Assembly: GCA_963737905.1 (NCBI GenBank)
Contig: CAVTUQ010000002.1
Coordinates: forward strand, 32,001-96,000
From: an uncultured delta proteobacterium
GTDB lineage: Bacteria > Desulfobacterota > Binatia > UBA9968
Length of the DNA stretch: 64,000 nt
Reading direction: 5' to 3'
Shown here in pieces: positions 9,083-18,991 of the stretch (within the stretch, counting starts at the first letter, position 1; every line of letters begins with the position of its first letter). Both the position numbers and the translations under genes were made by a program. The notes beneath the pieces are model-generated. The model had not been told where the DNA came from. It searched no databases and worked only from the letters and a program-made list of their open reading frames with translations.

Positions 9083-9157
9083 GTTCAAGGTCCAATGTTC
9101 CAGGTTCAACGTTTCGATTCGTTTCAGACCTTGAACATTGAACCTTGAACCTTGAAC
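9083..9157. repeat. Inverted heptamer tandem repeat (GTTCAAG x4 / CTTGAAC x4)
   Basis: gttcaag-gtccaat-gttccag-gttcaac ... cttgaac-attgaac-cttgaac-cttgaac. Confidence 0.8.
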
Positions 9158-9220
9158 TTAAAAACCGCCACCTTCGATCCGGAGGTCTCGTCGCTGGTTA
9201 CTTGCCAATAAATAACCCGG

Positions 9221-10627
9221 CTATAAGGCCATTTTTCCGGGATTCATGATGCCATTGGGATCCAGCGTTTTCTTGATCCGGCGCATAATCTCCACGCCGT
9301 AACCGTGCTCTTCGGCCATGAGCGGCGCTAGTTTTACGCCGACGCCGTGGGTGTATTCCATAGAGCCGCCCATTTCGTGGACCAAATGCAGCAGTTCATC
9401 GACGGTCTCTTCCAACGCGAGTTGCGCCTTGTTCTTGCCGTCATCCTGGATAGCCAAAGGCATGGAAAAAAGTTCCGGTTGAATCCAGAGTCCGCTTTCG
9501 TGGATGCGAACACCACGTTTTTTGACGATCTCCACCGCTGCCGCTCTGAATGACAACACCTTCGAGGCGGGCAGCGCAACATGAATCCAATCGCGATAGA
9601 CGCCATCCCTGCCGCGCTCCCTTCGTTGCCGCCGGTTCCGCATGAATCGCCTGGCGATTTCGTGTCGATCGTCCCAGAATCTCTCCGCCTCTCTCTTCGG
9701 CAATCTTCTCCCGCCAAACCGCTCACAAACGGCGCGCGCACGTTTTTCTTCCGCCTCTACGACTTCACGGATTCCTTCAAACGCTAGATAAAGCACCGCG
9801 CCCCCGGGAAATTTATCGTCCGTGTCGCCAAAATCGAGGAGCGCAGGTCGCAAGCGCTGGCGAAACATCTCTTGAATCCCGTTGTAGCCAACCTCAAAGG
9901 ACTCGAAGCAAAATCCATGAAGTACGCGCTTCTCCGGTGCTGGAAAGATCCGAATGGTTGCCTCCGTGATGATTCCAAAACAGCCCTCGCCGCCGATGAA
10001 AAGAGACTTTAAATCGATACCGGTGGACGACTTGGGAACCGCGCGCGTGCGAAGCACTTCGCCATTAGGCAGCACCGTTTCCAACCCCAGAACCTGATCT
10101 CCCATGGAGCCATACAGCCCGCCGCGGTACCCCACGCTATTGGTCGAAATCGCGCCGCCAACCGTAGCAACCGGCAACGTCCACGGGTCATGGCCGAGTA
10201 TAAAACCCTCTCGGCTGAGCCTCTTTTCCAACTCTTCCAATACCGTGCCCGGATGCACGCGAGCCGACCGGGCCTGTGCATCGACCTCTAGTATTTGGTT
10301 CATTCGACGCAAATCGACGACGATCCCCGCCTGGATCGACAACGCCCCGCCCATGAGCCCCGATCCACCACCATAGGGGACAATCGGCACTTTTTCTTCG
10401 TTGGCTAAAAGGACAATCTGTCTGACCTCATCGGTTGAAGAAGGCAGGACGCTACAGAGGGGGAGCGTCACTTCAGGCCGCTTCGCAGGATGAAGTCTCC
10501 CCTCGCTCAAAGCGTCCCATGACAACTCGTCAAGATGGTTTTCATCGGTGGTGATATGCTCCGGCGCGACGATCTGGGCGAGTCGCTCCATTATCTTTTG
10601 CTGCAAAGGGTTTTTCATCGAACCCAT
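9221..10627 (-). CDS. FAD-binding oxidoreductase (GlcD / alkyl-DHAP-synthase-like, VAO family)
   Basis: PYGGGSGL, ATVGG, GGEGCFGIITE, HGVG, LDPNGIMNPGK. Confidence 0.88.
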   Translation of the reverse strand: MGSMKNPLQQKIMERLAQIVAPEHITTDENHLDELSWDALSEGRLHPAKRPEVTLPLCSVLPSSTDEVRQIVLLANEEKVPIVPYGGGSGLMGGALSIQAGIVVDLRRMNQILEVDAQARSARVHPGTVLEELEKRLSREGFILGHDPWTLPVATVGGAISTNSVGYRGGLYGSMGDQVLGLETVLPNGEVLRTRAVPKSSTGIDLKSLFIGGEGCFGIITEATIRIFPAPEKRVLHGFCFESFEVGYNGIQEMFRQRLRPALLDFGDTDDKFPGGAVLYLAFEGIREVVEAEEKRARAVCERFGGRRLPKREAERFWDDRHEIARRFMRNRRQRRERGRDGVYRDWIHVALPASKVLSFRAAAVEIVKKRGVRIHESGLWIQPELFSMPLAIQDDGKNKAQLALEETVDELLHLVHEMGGSMEYTHGVGVKLAPLMAEEHGYGVEIMRRIKKTLDPNGIMNPGKMAL

Positions 10628-10708
10628 CCGGCGGCGAACTCAGAGTATATCGAAAAGCCGATCAAGGGAGAAGTCGTAAGACCCAACGTCCGCGGACTGA
10701 CTGAAACG

Positions 10709-12022
10709 TCACAACAACGTACCGCGCAAAACGACATCGGCGATCGTGAAATAGATAATCAAGCCGGTGACATCCACAAGCGTCGCCACGAAAGGGGCAG
10801 AGGCACTGGCCGGATCGAAGCCGAGGCCGCGAAGGATGAACGGCAAAAGCGAACCGGCAATGGAGCCCCACAACACAACCCCGATAAGGCTCAGCGCTAC
10901 GGTCAAAGCGACCAGGAAGTAATGTTCGCCATAGGCATTGAACAAGCCCTGCCACGCGAGAATGCGCACTAAACCAATGGACGCCAAAATCAACCCCAAG
11001 CCCAAGCCCGTAACCAGCTCACGCCGGATCACTCTCCACCAATCTCTAATCCTCAGTTCTCCCAACGCCATGGCACGGATCACCAAGGTCGTTGCCTGAG
11101 ATCCCGAATTGCCGCCGCTGCTGATAATCAACGGCACAAACAATGCCAGAACAACCGCCCGAGCGATCTCAGCCTGGAACTGACCCATGGCGGTAGCGGT
11201 GAGCATCTCGCCCAAAAACAGGGCAGCCAGCCAACCCGCCCGTTTTCGAATCATCAGCAGCAGAGGAATCTGTAAGTAAGGCCCTTCTAGCGTCGCAACA
11301 CCGCCGATCTTTTGGATGTCTTCCGTGGCCTCCTCTTGAACTACGTGGACGATATCATCCACGTTGACGACACCCTTGATTCGTCCTTCCGCATCTACGA
11401 TCGGCATCATCAGCAGATGATGGCGCATGAAAAGTTGGCTTAGCGCTTCCTGGTCTAAATCATCGGGCGCGGAAATAATCTCTGTGCGCATGACCTCACT
11501 GACGTGCTTATCGCCGGCAGCGACGATCAGGTCACGGAAAGAAACCACTCCTAGCAGGTGCTCTTCTGAGTCCACCACGTAGACATAGTAAACCGTTTTC
11601 TCCCGCTGACGCGCATCCCTCCGAAGGTAGGCGATCGCCTCGTCCACCGTCATATCCGCGCGAAGCCGGGAGTAGCGGGTATTCATTAACCCCCCGGCTT
11701 CATCCTCCGCATAGTCGAGAAGCCCCCTGACTTCCCTCCGGATGGAATCATCCAGAAGAGCTAGCAAATTCTCTCGTTCTTCGGCTGGCGCCTCTTGAAT
11801 CAAGTCGGCGGCATCGTCCGGCGCCAACAATCTCATCCACAACCGCCGTTCCCCCGCCGGCAACGCCAATACTAGCTGGGCTCGGTCTCTGGCGCTAAGC
11901 TGAAAAAAGAAATCGTCGGCCTCCTCACGCTGCAAAAATTCAAAACCCTCCACTCTTTCATCTATGGAAAGCAGGGGCCACGCGTCGTAAAGTTCAGCTG
12001 GAGTGAAGTTCTTATCCGCCAT
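10709..12022 (-). CDS. mgtE: Magnesium transporter MgtE
   Basis: N domain, CBS pair (AGGLMN), SSGGNSGSQ, PASASAPFVATLVDVTG. Confidence 0.95.
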   Translation of the reverse strand: MADKNFTPAELYDAWPLLSIDERVEGFEFLQREEADDFFFQLSARDRAQLVLALPAGERRLWMRLLAPDDAADLIQEAPAEERENLLALLDDSIRREVRGLLDYAEDEAGGLMNTRYSRLRADMTVDEAIAYLRRDARQREKTVYYVYVVDSEEHLLGVVSFRDLIVAAGDKHVSEVMRTEIISAPDDLDQEALSQLFMRHHLLMMPIVDAEGRIKGVVNVDDIVHVVQEEATEDIQKIGGVATLEGPYLQIPLLLMIRKRAGWLAALFLGEMLTATAMGQFQAEIARAVVLALFVPLIISSGGNSGSQATTLVIRAMALGELRIRDWWRVIRRELVTGLGLGLILASIGLVRILAWQGLFNAYGEHYFLVALTVALSLIGVVLWGSIAGSLLPFILRGLGFDPASASAPFVATLVDVTGLIIYFTIADVVLRGTLL

Positions 12023-12160
12023 GTTTTATCCGCAGAGATTAATGTGGCTATTCCTAACACATCATCTGACAGGTGCAATCGCAAAGCCGCTCGATTTTAT
12101 GATTGCTGGCGAAGAAACGGCAAGACACCGGGCGCGGGAAAAATCCGGACACGATTTGGG

Positions 12161-12868
12161 TCAATGCAAGGTGGGTTTGGAATCATCATCCCGTCGCCCT
12201 TGGATGACCTGGAAGCGGCGCCTGAGACGCGCGAGGCGGCGCTGATCGAGATACAACTTGAGACGCTCCCAAGGATTAACCCCGCGGAGATAGAGGTAAC
12301 CGAAAATCATCCCTCCCAGATGGGCGAGGTGAGCAATACCACCCTGGCCCGGGGTGATTGAAGAATAGAACGCGATACCGCCGATGATCCAGACGAAGTA
12401 TTTCATCTTGATCGGAAAGAGAAAGTAAAAATAAACGATCCGATTGGGATAGATAAGTCCGTACGCTAGAAGAATCCCGTAGACTCCGGCCGACGCGCCG
12501 ATGCTAGGCACGATTTGTCCCGGCACCAGGAGCGCGTTCAAGATGCCGCCGCCCACCACTGAGACAAAATAGTACCTGAGGAAGAAACTGCTTCCCCAGC
12601 GCCGCTCGAGATCACAGCCGAACATCCAAACCGCCAGCATGTTGAAGAGCAAATGAAGCAGCCCGCCGTGAAGAAACTGGTAAGTAAACACCTGCCAAAA
12701 ATAAAAATCCTGCCAGATCCTGGCCGGGACAAGGCCAAACAAAAACAGGATTTCCGAAGGAAGAAATAACTGCAGGAAAAAGACCGCCGTATTGACGATC
12801 AGCAGGACTTTCACTGCCGGAGTCAGCATGCCACCGCCGAACATCATCGTTCTCGTTTGGTATTGCAT
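12161..12868 (-). CDS. Rhomboid family intramembrane serine protease
   Basis: WQVFTYQFLH, HLLFNM, GASA catalytic Ser, AHLAHLGG. Confidence 0.92.
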   Translation of the reverse strand: MQYQTRTMMFGGGMLTPAVKVLLIVNTAVFFLQLFLPSEILFLFGLVPARIWQDFYFWQVFTYQFLHGGLLHLLFNMLAVWMFGCDLERRWGSSFFLRYYFVSVVGGGILNALLVPGQIVPSIGASAGVYGILLAYGLIYPNRIVYFYFLFPIKMKYFVWIIGGIAFYSSITPGQGGIAHLAHLGGMIFGYLYLRGVNPWERLKLYLDQRRLARLRRRFQVIQGRRDDDSKPTLH

Positions 12869-12933
12869 ATCATTCAGAATAGCTTTCGCATGCGTCCAAG
12901 GGAAGCGGCTGGCTCCAAATCTTGATACCGTTT

Positions 12934-13636
12934 CTAGCCCCCCAGATAGGCTTGCCGCACAAAATCGTTTCCTGAGAGCTCACTGGCACTTCCTTGGAGG
13001 ACCACTTCGCCAGTTTCCAATACATAGCCCCGATGTGAGATAGCCAAAGCCATTGCGGCATTTTGCTCGACCAACAGGACCGTGACACCGGACTTGTTAA
13101 TGGACCTAATCGTTCCCAAGATTTGCTCCACGATTTTGGGCGCCAGCCCCATGGACGGCTCGTCGAGCAGGAGTAATTTCGGCCGCGCCATAAGGGCGCG
13201 GCCGATGGCGAGCATCTGCTGCTCGCCTCCGGAAAGGGTTCCGGCAACCTGCTTTTGCCGTTCCTTAAGCCTTGGAAAAAGTTCGAAAATCGCGCTCGAT
13301 GTCCGGGCGCCAGAGAATTTTTGGCCGTGTGTAGCCGCCGACGTGAAGATTCTCCAATACCGTGAATCGAGGGAAGATTTTTCGTCCCTCCGGCGCATGG
13401 CTGACCCCCCGCTGCACGATCACATGGGGATCGGCTCCGTTCAAAGAAAAGCCTTCCAATTCGATGCGTCCGCTATGCGGCCGCAATAAGCCCGAAAGGG
13501 TTTTTAACGTGGTCGTCTTGCCCGCCCCGTTGCCCCCCAGCAAGGTGACCAATTCGCCCTTCTCGATAGAGAACGAAACTCCCTTCAAAGCGTGGATGGC
13601 ACCATAGTATACGTGCACGTCCTTAACTTTGAGCAT
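12934..13636 (-). CDS. livF: Branched-chain amino acid ABC ATPase LivF (frameshift near 13290-13325)
   Basis: N-half [28 protein letters not shown] in one frame; C-half [35 protein letters not shown] in another. Confidence 0.88.
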
Positions 13637-14408
13637 CTCCCACCCATGTCCCGCGCCCCAAGTAAGCTTCAATGACGCGCGGATCTCGGCGCACCTCGTC
13701 GGGGTGACCCTCGGCGATCTTTTCCCCGTAATCGAGGACGTGAACTCGGTCCGAAATGCCCATGACTACGCGCATATTGTGCTCAATGAGGAGGAGAGCC
13801 TGGACGTAGCGTCCGATGAGATCTTTGAACAGCATCATGAGTGATTGCGCTTCGGTCGTGTTCATTCCCGCTGTCGGTTCATCCAGTAAGAGCACTTTCG
13901 GATTGGCGGCGAGTGCTCGGGCGATCTCGAGTCGACGCTGCTCGCCGTAGGAGAGTTGGTGTGCCCATTCATTTTCTTTGCCTTGGAGTCCGGCGAGCTC
14001 GACCAACTCCATCGCCTTAGTTGCGGCATCTCTTTCTGCGCACTGGACCCCTTGACTCCGAAACAGAATCCCCGACAGGCTAGTGCTGATTCGGCAATGC
14101 ATGCCTACTAAGACATTCTCCAAAACCGTCATGCGCGCGAAGAGACGGATATTCTGAAACGTTCGGCTGATACCCGCATCCGTAATTTTGTCGGGCTTCA
14201 GCCCGACCAGCGATCGGCCAATAAACCGGATTTCTCCCTCATCCGGCCGATAGATTCCCGTGAGGGTGTGAAAGAGCGTCGTCTTGCCCGCACCGTTGGG
14301 CCCGATCAGAGCTGCAATCATGCCGTCTTCCAAGGTGAGATCCACTCGGTTCAGTGCCTGCAATCCGCCGAATCTCTTGCTGATGCCGCGCAGTTCGAGC
14401 AACGCCAT
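13623..14408 (-). CDS. livG: Branched-chain amino acid ABC ATPase LivG
   Basis: GPNGAGKTT, RTFQNIRLF, LSYGEQRRLEIARALA, VIEAYLG. Confidence 0.93.
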   Translation of the reverse strand: MALLELRGISKRFGGLQALNRVDLTLEDGMIAALIGPNGAGKTTLFHTLTGIYRPDEGEIRFIGRSLVGLKPDKITDAGISRTFQNIRLFARMTVLENVLVGMHCRISTSLSGILFRSQGVQCAERDAATKAMELVELAGLQGKENEWAHQLSYGEQRRLEIARALAANPKVLLLDEPTAGMNTTEAQSLMMLFKDLIGRYVQALLLIEHNMRVVMGISDRVHVLDYGEKIAEGHPDEVRRDPRVIEAYLGRGTWVGDAQS

Positions 14409-14409
14409 C

Positions 14410-15657
14410 TCACTGTTCTCGTTTCTGTCGCGGTGGCAAGACTCCCTGCGGCCGAAACATCATCATGAGAATCAAAATCAAACCAAAAACCATACGTTCA
14501 TATTTCGCCGGCTCAAACTGGGCGGGAATCTGACTTAAACTAAAATCCCCCCAATACGGAATCGACAACACGATCCCCGACTGGCGGATGGAGTTTAGCC
14601 ACAGGGAAAGCCCCTTGAGAAGTTGAAGATTTAAAATCGTCACGCCGGTGGCGCCGAGAATTGCGCCGGGAATCGAGCCCAGGCCGCCGAGGATTACCAT
14701 GGCGAGCACTCCGATGGATTCCATGAAGGTAAAACTCTCCGGATTGATGAATACTTGCTTGGCCGCGAACAGAACACCGACGGCTGAGGCGAAGGAGGCG
14801 CCCACGGCAAGGCCAAGCAGTTTCATTCGCACCACTGGAATTCCCATGGCAGCCGCGGCGATTTCGTCCTCGCGAATGGCTTTCCACGCACGCCCAATGC
14901 GCGACTCTTCGAGTCTTCGCGTGACCAAAACTGTGAGAATCACGATCAACAAGACAAGAAAATAAAAGTAGAAGGGATAGAGAGCGGACGGATTCACTCT
15001 AAAACCGAGAAATTCCAAAAGTGGCTGAAAAAAAAGGGGTGGCTTCCCAATGGGGGTGATGCCCTTAGGACCATTGGTAATGTTGATCGGTTTGTCGAAG
15101 TTGTTCAGCAGAGCGCGCACAACCTCGGCAAACCCCAAGGTCACAACCGCCAGATAGTCGCCGCGCAGACGCAGGACCGGCAGTCCCAGTAACGCCCCCG
15201 TCAAAGCGCCCACCCCGACGCTCAGCACGAGAAACGGAAAAAACCAACCCGACGCCAGCGGAAACAAATTGCCGGGTAGAAAATGATTCGCCTGGGGCGA
15301 GCCGAAAATCGCCCAGAGATACGCGCCGATGGCGTAAAACGCGACGAAACCCAAGTTGAGCAGCCCGACGAAGCCAACCACTATATTGAGCCCCAGCGCT
15401 AGCACGATAAAAATGCCGACTTGAATGGCGATTTCCAGAAAGTAGCCGTTCACGGATCCCAGCAACGGCAACAGCACGAGCAACACCAGGGTGCCCAAAG
15501 AATACTTTGTGGTCTGATTGATCGGCGCATAATAAATGACTAGTAGGGACGCTTCGAAGCACAGAAAAGCCAGGACGGACTGAGGAAAGGCGAAGACTAG
15601 AGCGGCGCTCGCGATAATATATAAAACAACTCCAAGATGGGCCAAGCCAACCTTCAA
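14410..15657 (-). CDS. livM: Branched-chain amino acid ABC permease LivM
   Basis: GLNIVVGFVGLLNLG, LRLRGDYLAVVTLGF, AIREDEIAA. Confidence 0.93.
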   Translation of the reverse strand: MKVGLAHLGVVLYIIASAALVFAFPQSVLAFLCFEASLLVIYYAPINQTTKYSLGTLVLLVLLPLLGSVNGYFLEIAIQVGIFIVLALGLNIVVGFVGLLNLGFVAFYAIGAYLWAIFGSPQANHFLPGNLFPLASGWFFPFLVLSVGVGALTGALLGLPVLRLRGDYLAVVTLGFAEVVRALLNNFDKPINITNGPKGITPIGKPPLFFQPLLEFLGFRVNPSALYPFYFYFLVLLIVILTVLVTRRLEESRIGRAWKAIREDEIAAAAMGIPVVRMKLLGLAVGASFASAVGVLFAAKQVFINPESFTFMESIGVLAMVILGGLGSIPGAILGATGVTILNLQLLKGLSLWLNSIRQSGIVLSIPYWGDFSLSQIPAQFEPAKYERMVFGLILILMMMFRPQGVLPPRQKREQ

Positions 15658-16622
15658 GCTCCTTCCTCCCGCACCTTCTCCCCCAACAACCCCTTCGGGC
15701 GAAAAATAAGAATCAAGATGAGGACGGCGAAAGCAAAGACATCCTTGTATTCCGCGCCGAACGCTCCGCCGGTGAGGATCGAAAGATAGGAAGCCGCAAA
15801 CGCCTCCAACATGCCGAGAACCATTCCGCCTAACATCGCGCCGGGGATATTTCCGATGCCGCCAAGCACGGCAGCGGTAAAGGCCTTGAGCCCTGGAAAA
15901 AATCCGCTGTAGGGGTTGACCAAGCTGTAATGCAAACCAAAGAGCACGCCGGCCAGACCCCCCATCGCCCCACCCACAAAAAAGGTCAACGCGATCACCC
16001 GGTTCACCGGGATACCCATCAGGGACGCCGTATCCGGATCTTGGGCCACAGCGCGAATCGCCGTCCCGAGTCTCGTCCGATTAACAAAAAGATGGAGCGC
16101 CACTAAGCTCAGGAGCGCAGTTACAATCACCAGCAGCGATTTCACCGGCACCACCACATTGAGCCCCAGCGGCACGGTCTTATCGAGGATGTCCAGTGTG
16201 GGATACGTAAGGTAAAAAGAATTCCGCCAAAGACTTTCGAAAAAACGCAAAGCGTCCTGCAAAAAAAACGAAGCGCCGATAGCGGATATCAACGCAACGA
16301 GTCGCGGACTCCCCTGGAGCGGACGATAAGCCACTCGCTCCAGCGCCATGGCCGCCAGACCGCTAATTAGCATGCCGCTAAGAATCACCAGCAGCAAGAC
16401 GAAAGCCGTGGGAAGCGTTGCCAAATGGCCGGTGCTTTCGAGCAGCAGGAGAATCTCCACGCCCACAAAGGCGCCAAGAACGAAGATCTCGCTGTGGGCG
16501 AAATTGATAAACTCTAAAACCCCGTAAACCATGGTGTAGCCCAAGGCGATCAACGCATACATAAACCCCAGTACAATACCGTCCACGAGCACTTGCGGTA
16601 GGATCTCGATCGCGAGTTCCAA
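15654..16622 (-). CDS. livH: Branched-chain amino acid ABC permease LivH
   Basis: YALIALGYTMVYG..INFAH, GLKAFTAAVLGGIG. Confidence 0.93.
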   Translation of the reverse strand: MELAIEILPQVLVDGIVLGFMYALIALGYTMVYGVLEFINFAHSEIFVLGAFVGVEILLLLESTGHLATLPTAFVLLLVILSGMLISGLAAMALERVAYRPLQGSPRLVALISAIGASFFLQDALRFFESLWRNSFYLTYPTLDILDKTVPLGLNVVVPVKSLLVIVTALLSLVALHLFVNRTRLGTAIRAVAQDPDTASLMGIPVNRVIALTFFVGGAMGGLAGVLFGLHYSLVNPYSGFFPGLKAFTAAVLGGIGNIPGAMLGGMVLGMLEAFAASYLSILTGGAFGAEYKDVFAFAVLILILIFRPKGLLGEKVREEGA

Positions 16623-16877
16623 ACTTGTCTAGTCCTTTCAAAAATTGTTATGCTAACAAATCCTCTTCTTGGCCGCTACCGTATAAACCCCGAATAAACC
16701 CCGAGGTCAGAACCCCTCGTGTTGAAACCATGTTTCAGTCGCGTATATTTCCCTGTGAGTGATGCTCGAGCAGGAAGTCCACTTCACCCTTTACCGTTAC
16801 CGTTCACTCCCGCATATAACTTGAAACTTGCTCAAAGGCCCGATGAGTCGTGCTAGCGCGCCGATCGCTGTACGTGA

Positions 16878-18233
16878 TCAAGGTGATGGCGGGGTATGTT
16901 CGACAATGAAACTTTGCAGGCTCTTTCCTTCTAGAGTTTGCGTAACCGAGTCGTCGACTTCCCGAAGCAGTTCTTCGATGGTCACTTCGTCTTCGGTCCG
17001 GAACGCCGGCTTCTTCGCGCCGGAATTCCTCACGCAGTCGAGGATATCTTTGATGCTAATCCTTTCCGGGTCGCGGGCCAAAACAAAAATTTCCTCATCA
17101 GCCACGGGCAACACCAAGCGACTTTGACGAAACGTCTCCATGAAATCTCTCACCAGCCCTGCCGGAAGATAGAGCTGGCCTGCCAGGGCCGACACGCTCA
17201 ACGGATCAAGGCCGTGGAAGAAATTGCGCCCGATTAAGAACATCATGTGAAGCGCCAATTTTTCGCGCCCTGCCGGGCTGTTGACCAAAAGCTCCCTCTC
17301 TCTCTCATAGAAGCGAATGTGTTGATGCGCATAGGTTACTTGCGCCCCGAGCAGCACGATCACCCAACCGACGTGCAGCCAAAGCAGAAACAAAAGGAGG
17401 ATCGCGAAGCTGGAGTAAATTGCGTAATAGCGAGTTGAGGATGCAACAAAAACAGTAAATCCCCAGCCCACGGTTTGCCAGAGCAGCGCCGCCACCAGGC
17501 CGCCGACCACGGCGGATGTAAGCTTCACGCGGGTGTTTGGAATGAAGACATAGAGGAAGGTGAATGCGCCCCAGAGGGTAAAATAGGGCACGAACTTGAG
17601 GAGCGCTAAGATCACGGTTCCGAAGGGCTCCAGGGAGATCATTTTTTGGACAAAGGTGTTGCTTTGTAAGGTAGCGGTGATCGTTAGCGCCGCGAACACC
17701 AGTACTGGACCGACGAGAATCACGCTCAAGTAGTCGCTGAACTTGCGCGTCAGCTTTCTCGCCGCCTTAACGTGCCAGATGCGATTGAAGGCATCCTCGA
17801 TGGTCCCCATCAGCGAAAGGACCGTAATGAATAAGCTTGCCAAGCCAACACTGCCAAGCGCCCCGGCGTTCATCTTGTCGACGAAGCCAATGAGATAAGC
17901 AGTGATCTCTTGACCCTTCTCCCCTAACGGCGCCAGCGCTTGGGCAAGGGCTGGCTCCATGCGGTTGTGAACGCCAAAAGCTTTGAGGATGGAAAAAATG
18001 ACAGCCAATAGCGGGGCGAGGGATAATAGCGTCTTGAATGCCAATGCCATGGCCTGTAGGTTCACCAAATTCTCGATGAAGTCCCTGCTGACCATGAAAC
18101 CGATCTTGAGCAGTGAGTGAATTAGCCCTTTGAAGCGGGTCACCTCTGAAATTTCGGTGTCCCAAATCAGATCGATAACTTTAGTCTTGAACTGCTCAAG
18201 GGACCCTTTTTTCTCGCGACTCGATGGGCTCAT
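16878..18233 (-). CDS. YihY / virulence factor BrkB family membrane protein with C-terminal winged-helix (Rrf2-like) domain
   Basis: ALAFKTLLSLAPLLA, IEDAFNRIW, IYSSFAILLLFLLWL; C-terminal LARDPERISIKDIL. Confidence 0.88.
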   Translation of the reverse strand: MSPSSREKKGSLEQFKTKVIDLIWDTEISEVTRFKGLIHSLLKIGFMVSRDFIENLVNLQAMALAFKTLLSLAPLLAVIFSILKAFGVHNRMEPALAQALAPLGEKGQEITAYLIGFVDKMNAGALGSVGLASLFITVLSLMGTIEDAFNRIWHVKAARKLTRKFSDYLSVILVGPVLVFAALTITATLQSNTFVQKMISLEPFGTVILALLKFVPYFTLWGAFTFLYVFIPNTRVKLTSAVVGGLVAALLWQTVGWGFTVFVASSTRYYAIYSSFAILLLFLLWLHVGWVIVLLGAQVTYAHQHIRFYERERELLVNSPAGREKLALHMMFLIGRNFFHGLDPLSVSALAGQLYLPAGLVRDFMETFRQSRLVLPVADEEIFVLARDPERISIKDILDCVRNSGAKKPAFRTEDEVTIEELLREVDDSVTQTLEGKSLQSFIVEHTPPSP

Positions 18234-18358
18234 GGCGGTCGTGGGCTTGTAAGGGACTTAATCGACGGCCGACGGGCAAGAATGACTATCTAAACTCTAC
18301 CAGCTTCGGCTGCCTGTCACAAAGAAAATTTCTGGGACACTTGTTTGAGCCGTAAGAC

Positions 18359-18889
18359 CTATTTTCTCCACCTTCTAAAAACGACGGCCAGCCCAAGCCC
18401 CAGCAACACGCAGGGCAGCCACACCCAACGTAACTCGGAAAGAATCACCTTAACTCCCCACGGCGATAAAAAGCGTGAAATCTCGATCGGCGATACTTGG
18501 ATTACCTGATACCGGGCGAAATACCGCTCATCCGACCACGGCCAGAAAAGTGCGATGCCAAGCCCGCCGTTTGTGAACGCGTCGAGGATTCCGTGAGAGG
18601 CTGTAGCAAGAAATAGGAACCAGAAAGCAACACCGAAACTGCAAAGTAACCACCGATGAGCGCAGGCGCCGAGTAAAGCCATGAGAGCGGCGAAACACAA
18701 TGAGTGACTGAAGCCACGATGCCCGAACTCGTGTTGGTAAGGAATACCAAAAGTAAAGCTCACCACATCGAGATCCGGCAAGATCGACGCTGCAACGCCA
18801 GCTAAGAGGAGTCGTCTTGAAACGATCTCCTTCCCCAACCCGAAAGCGAGGGCAATCGGCACGGCTGGATGGGAAAAAATCGTCGGCAT
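18359..18889 (-). CDS. Membrane-bound metal-dependent hydrolase (YbcI/YdjM family)
   Basis: SILPDLD, HRGFSHS, SHGILDAFTNGG, ERYF. Confidence 0.9.
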   Translation of the reverse strand: MPTIFSHPAVPIALAFGLGKEIVSRRLLLAGVAASILPDLDVVSFTFGIPYQHEFGHRGFSHSLCFAALMALLGACAHRWLLCSFGVAFWFLFLATASHGILDAFTNGGLGIALFWPWSDERYFARYQVIQVSPIEISRFLSPWGVKVILSELRWVWLPCVLLGLGLAVVFRRWRK

Positions 18890-18991
18890 CAGAAGCCAAG
18901 CGGCGAAACCCGCTCTTGTGTCATTCAGAGAGGCACAGCTGGAGAATCCATATTCTTACTGGCTCACGAAATCCTGAGTCTAAACGATCCG

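Noticed and set aside
9083-9157. Possible CRISPR array
   Set aside because: Units are 7 nt with no unique spacers, and there are no cas genes; no CRISPR array was seen anywhere in the window.
13265-13398. Programmed frameshift in livF (also considered for acs and the SBP)
   Set aside because: No convincing slippery heptamer with downstream structure; similar indels occur in unrelated genes, so sequencing error is more parsimonious.
16683-16719. ATAAACCCCGA direct repeat upstream of livH
   Set aside because: Two copies plus a degenerate third; it could be an operator but cannot be supported from the sequence alone.
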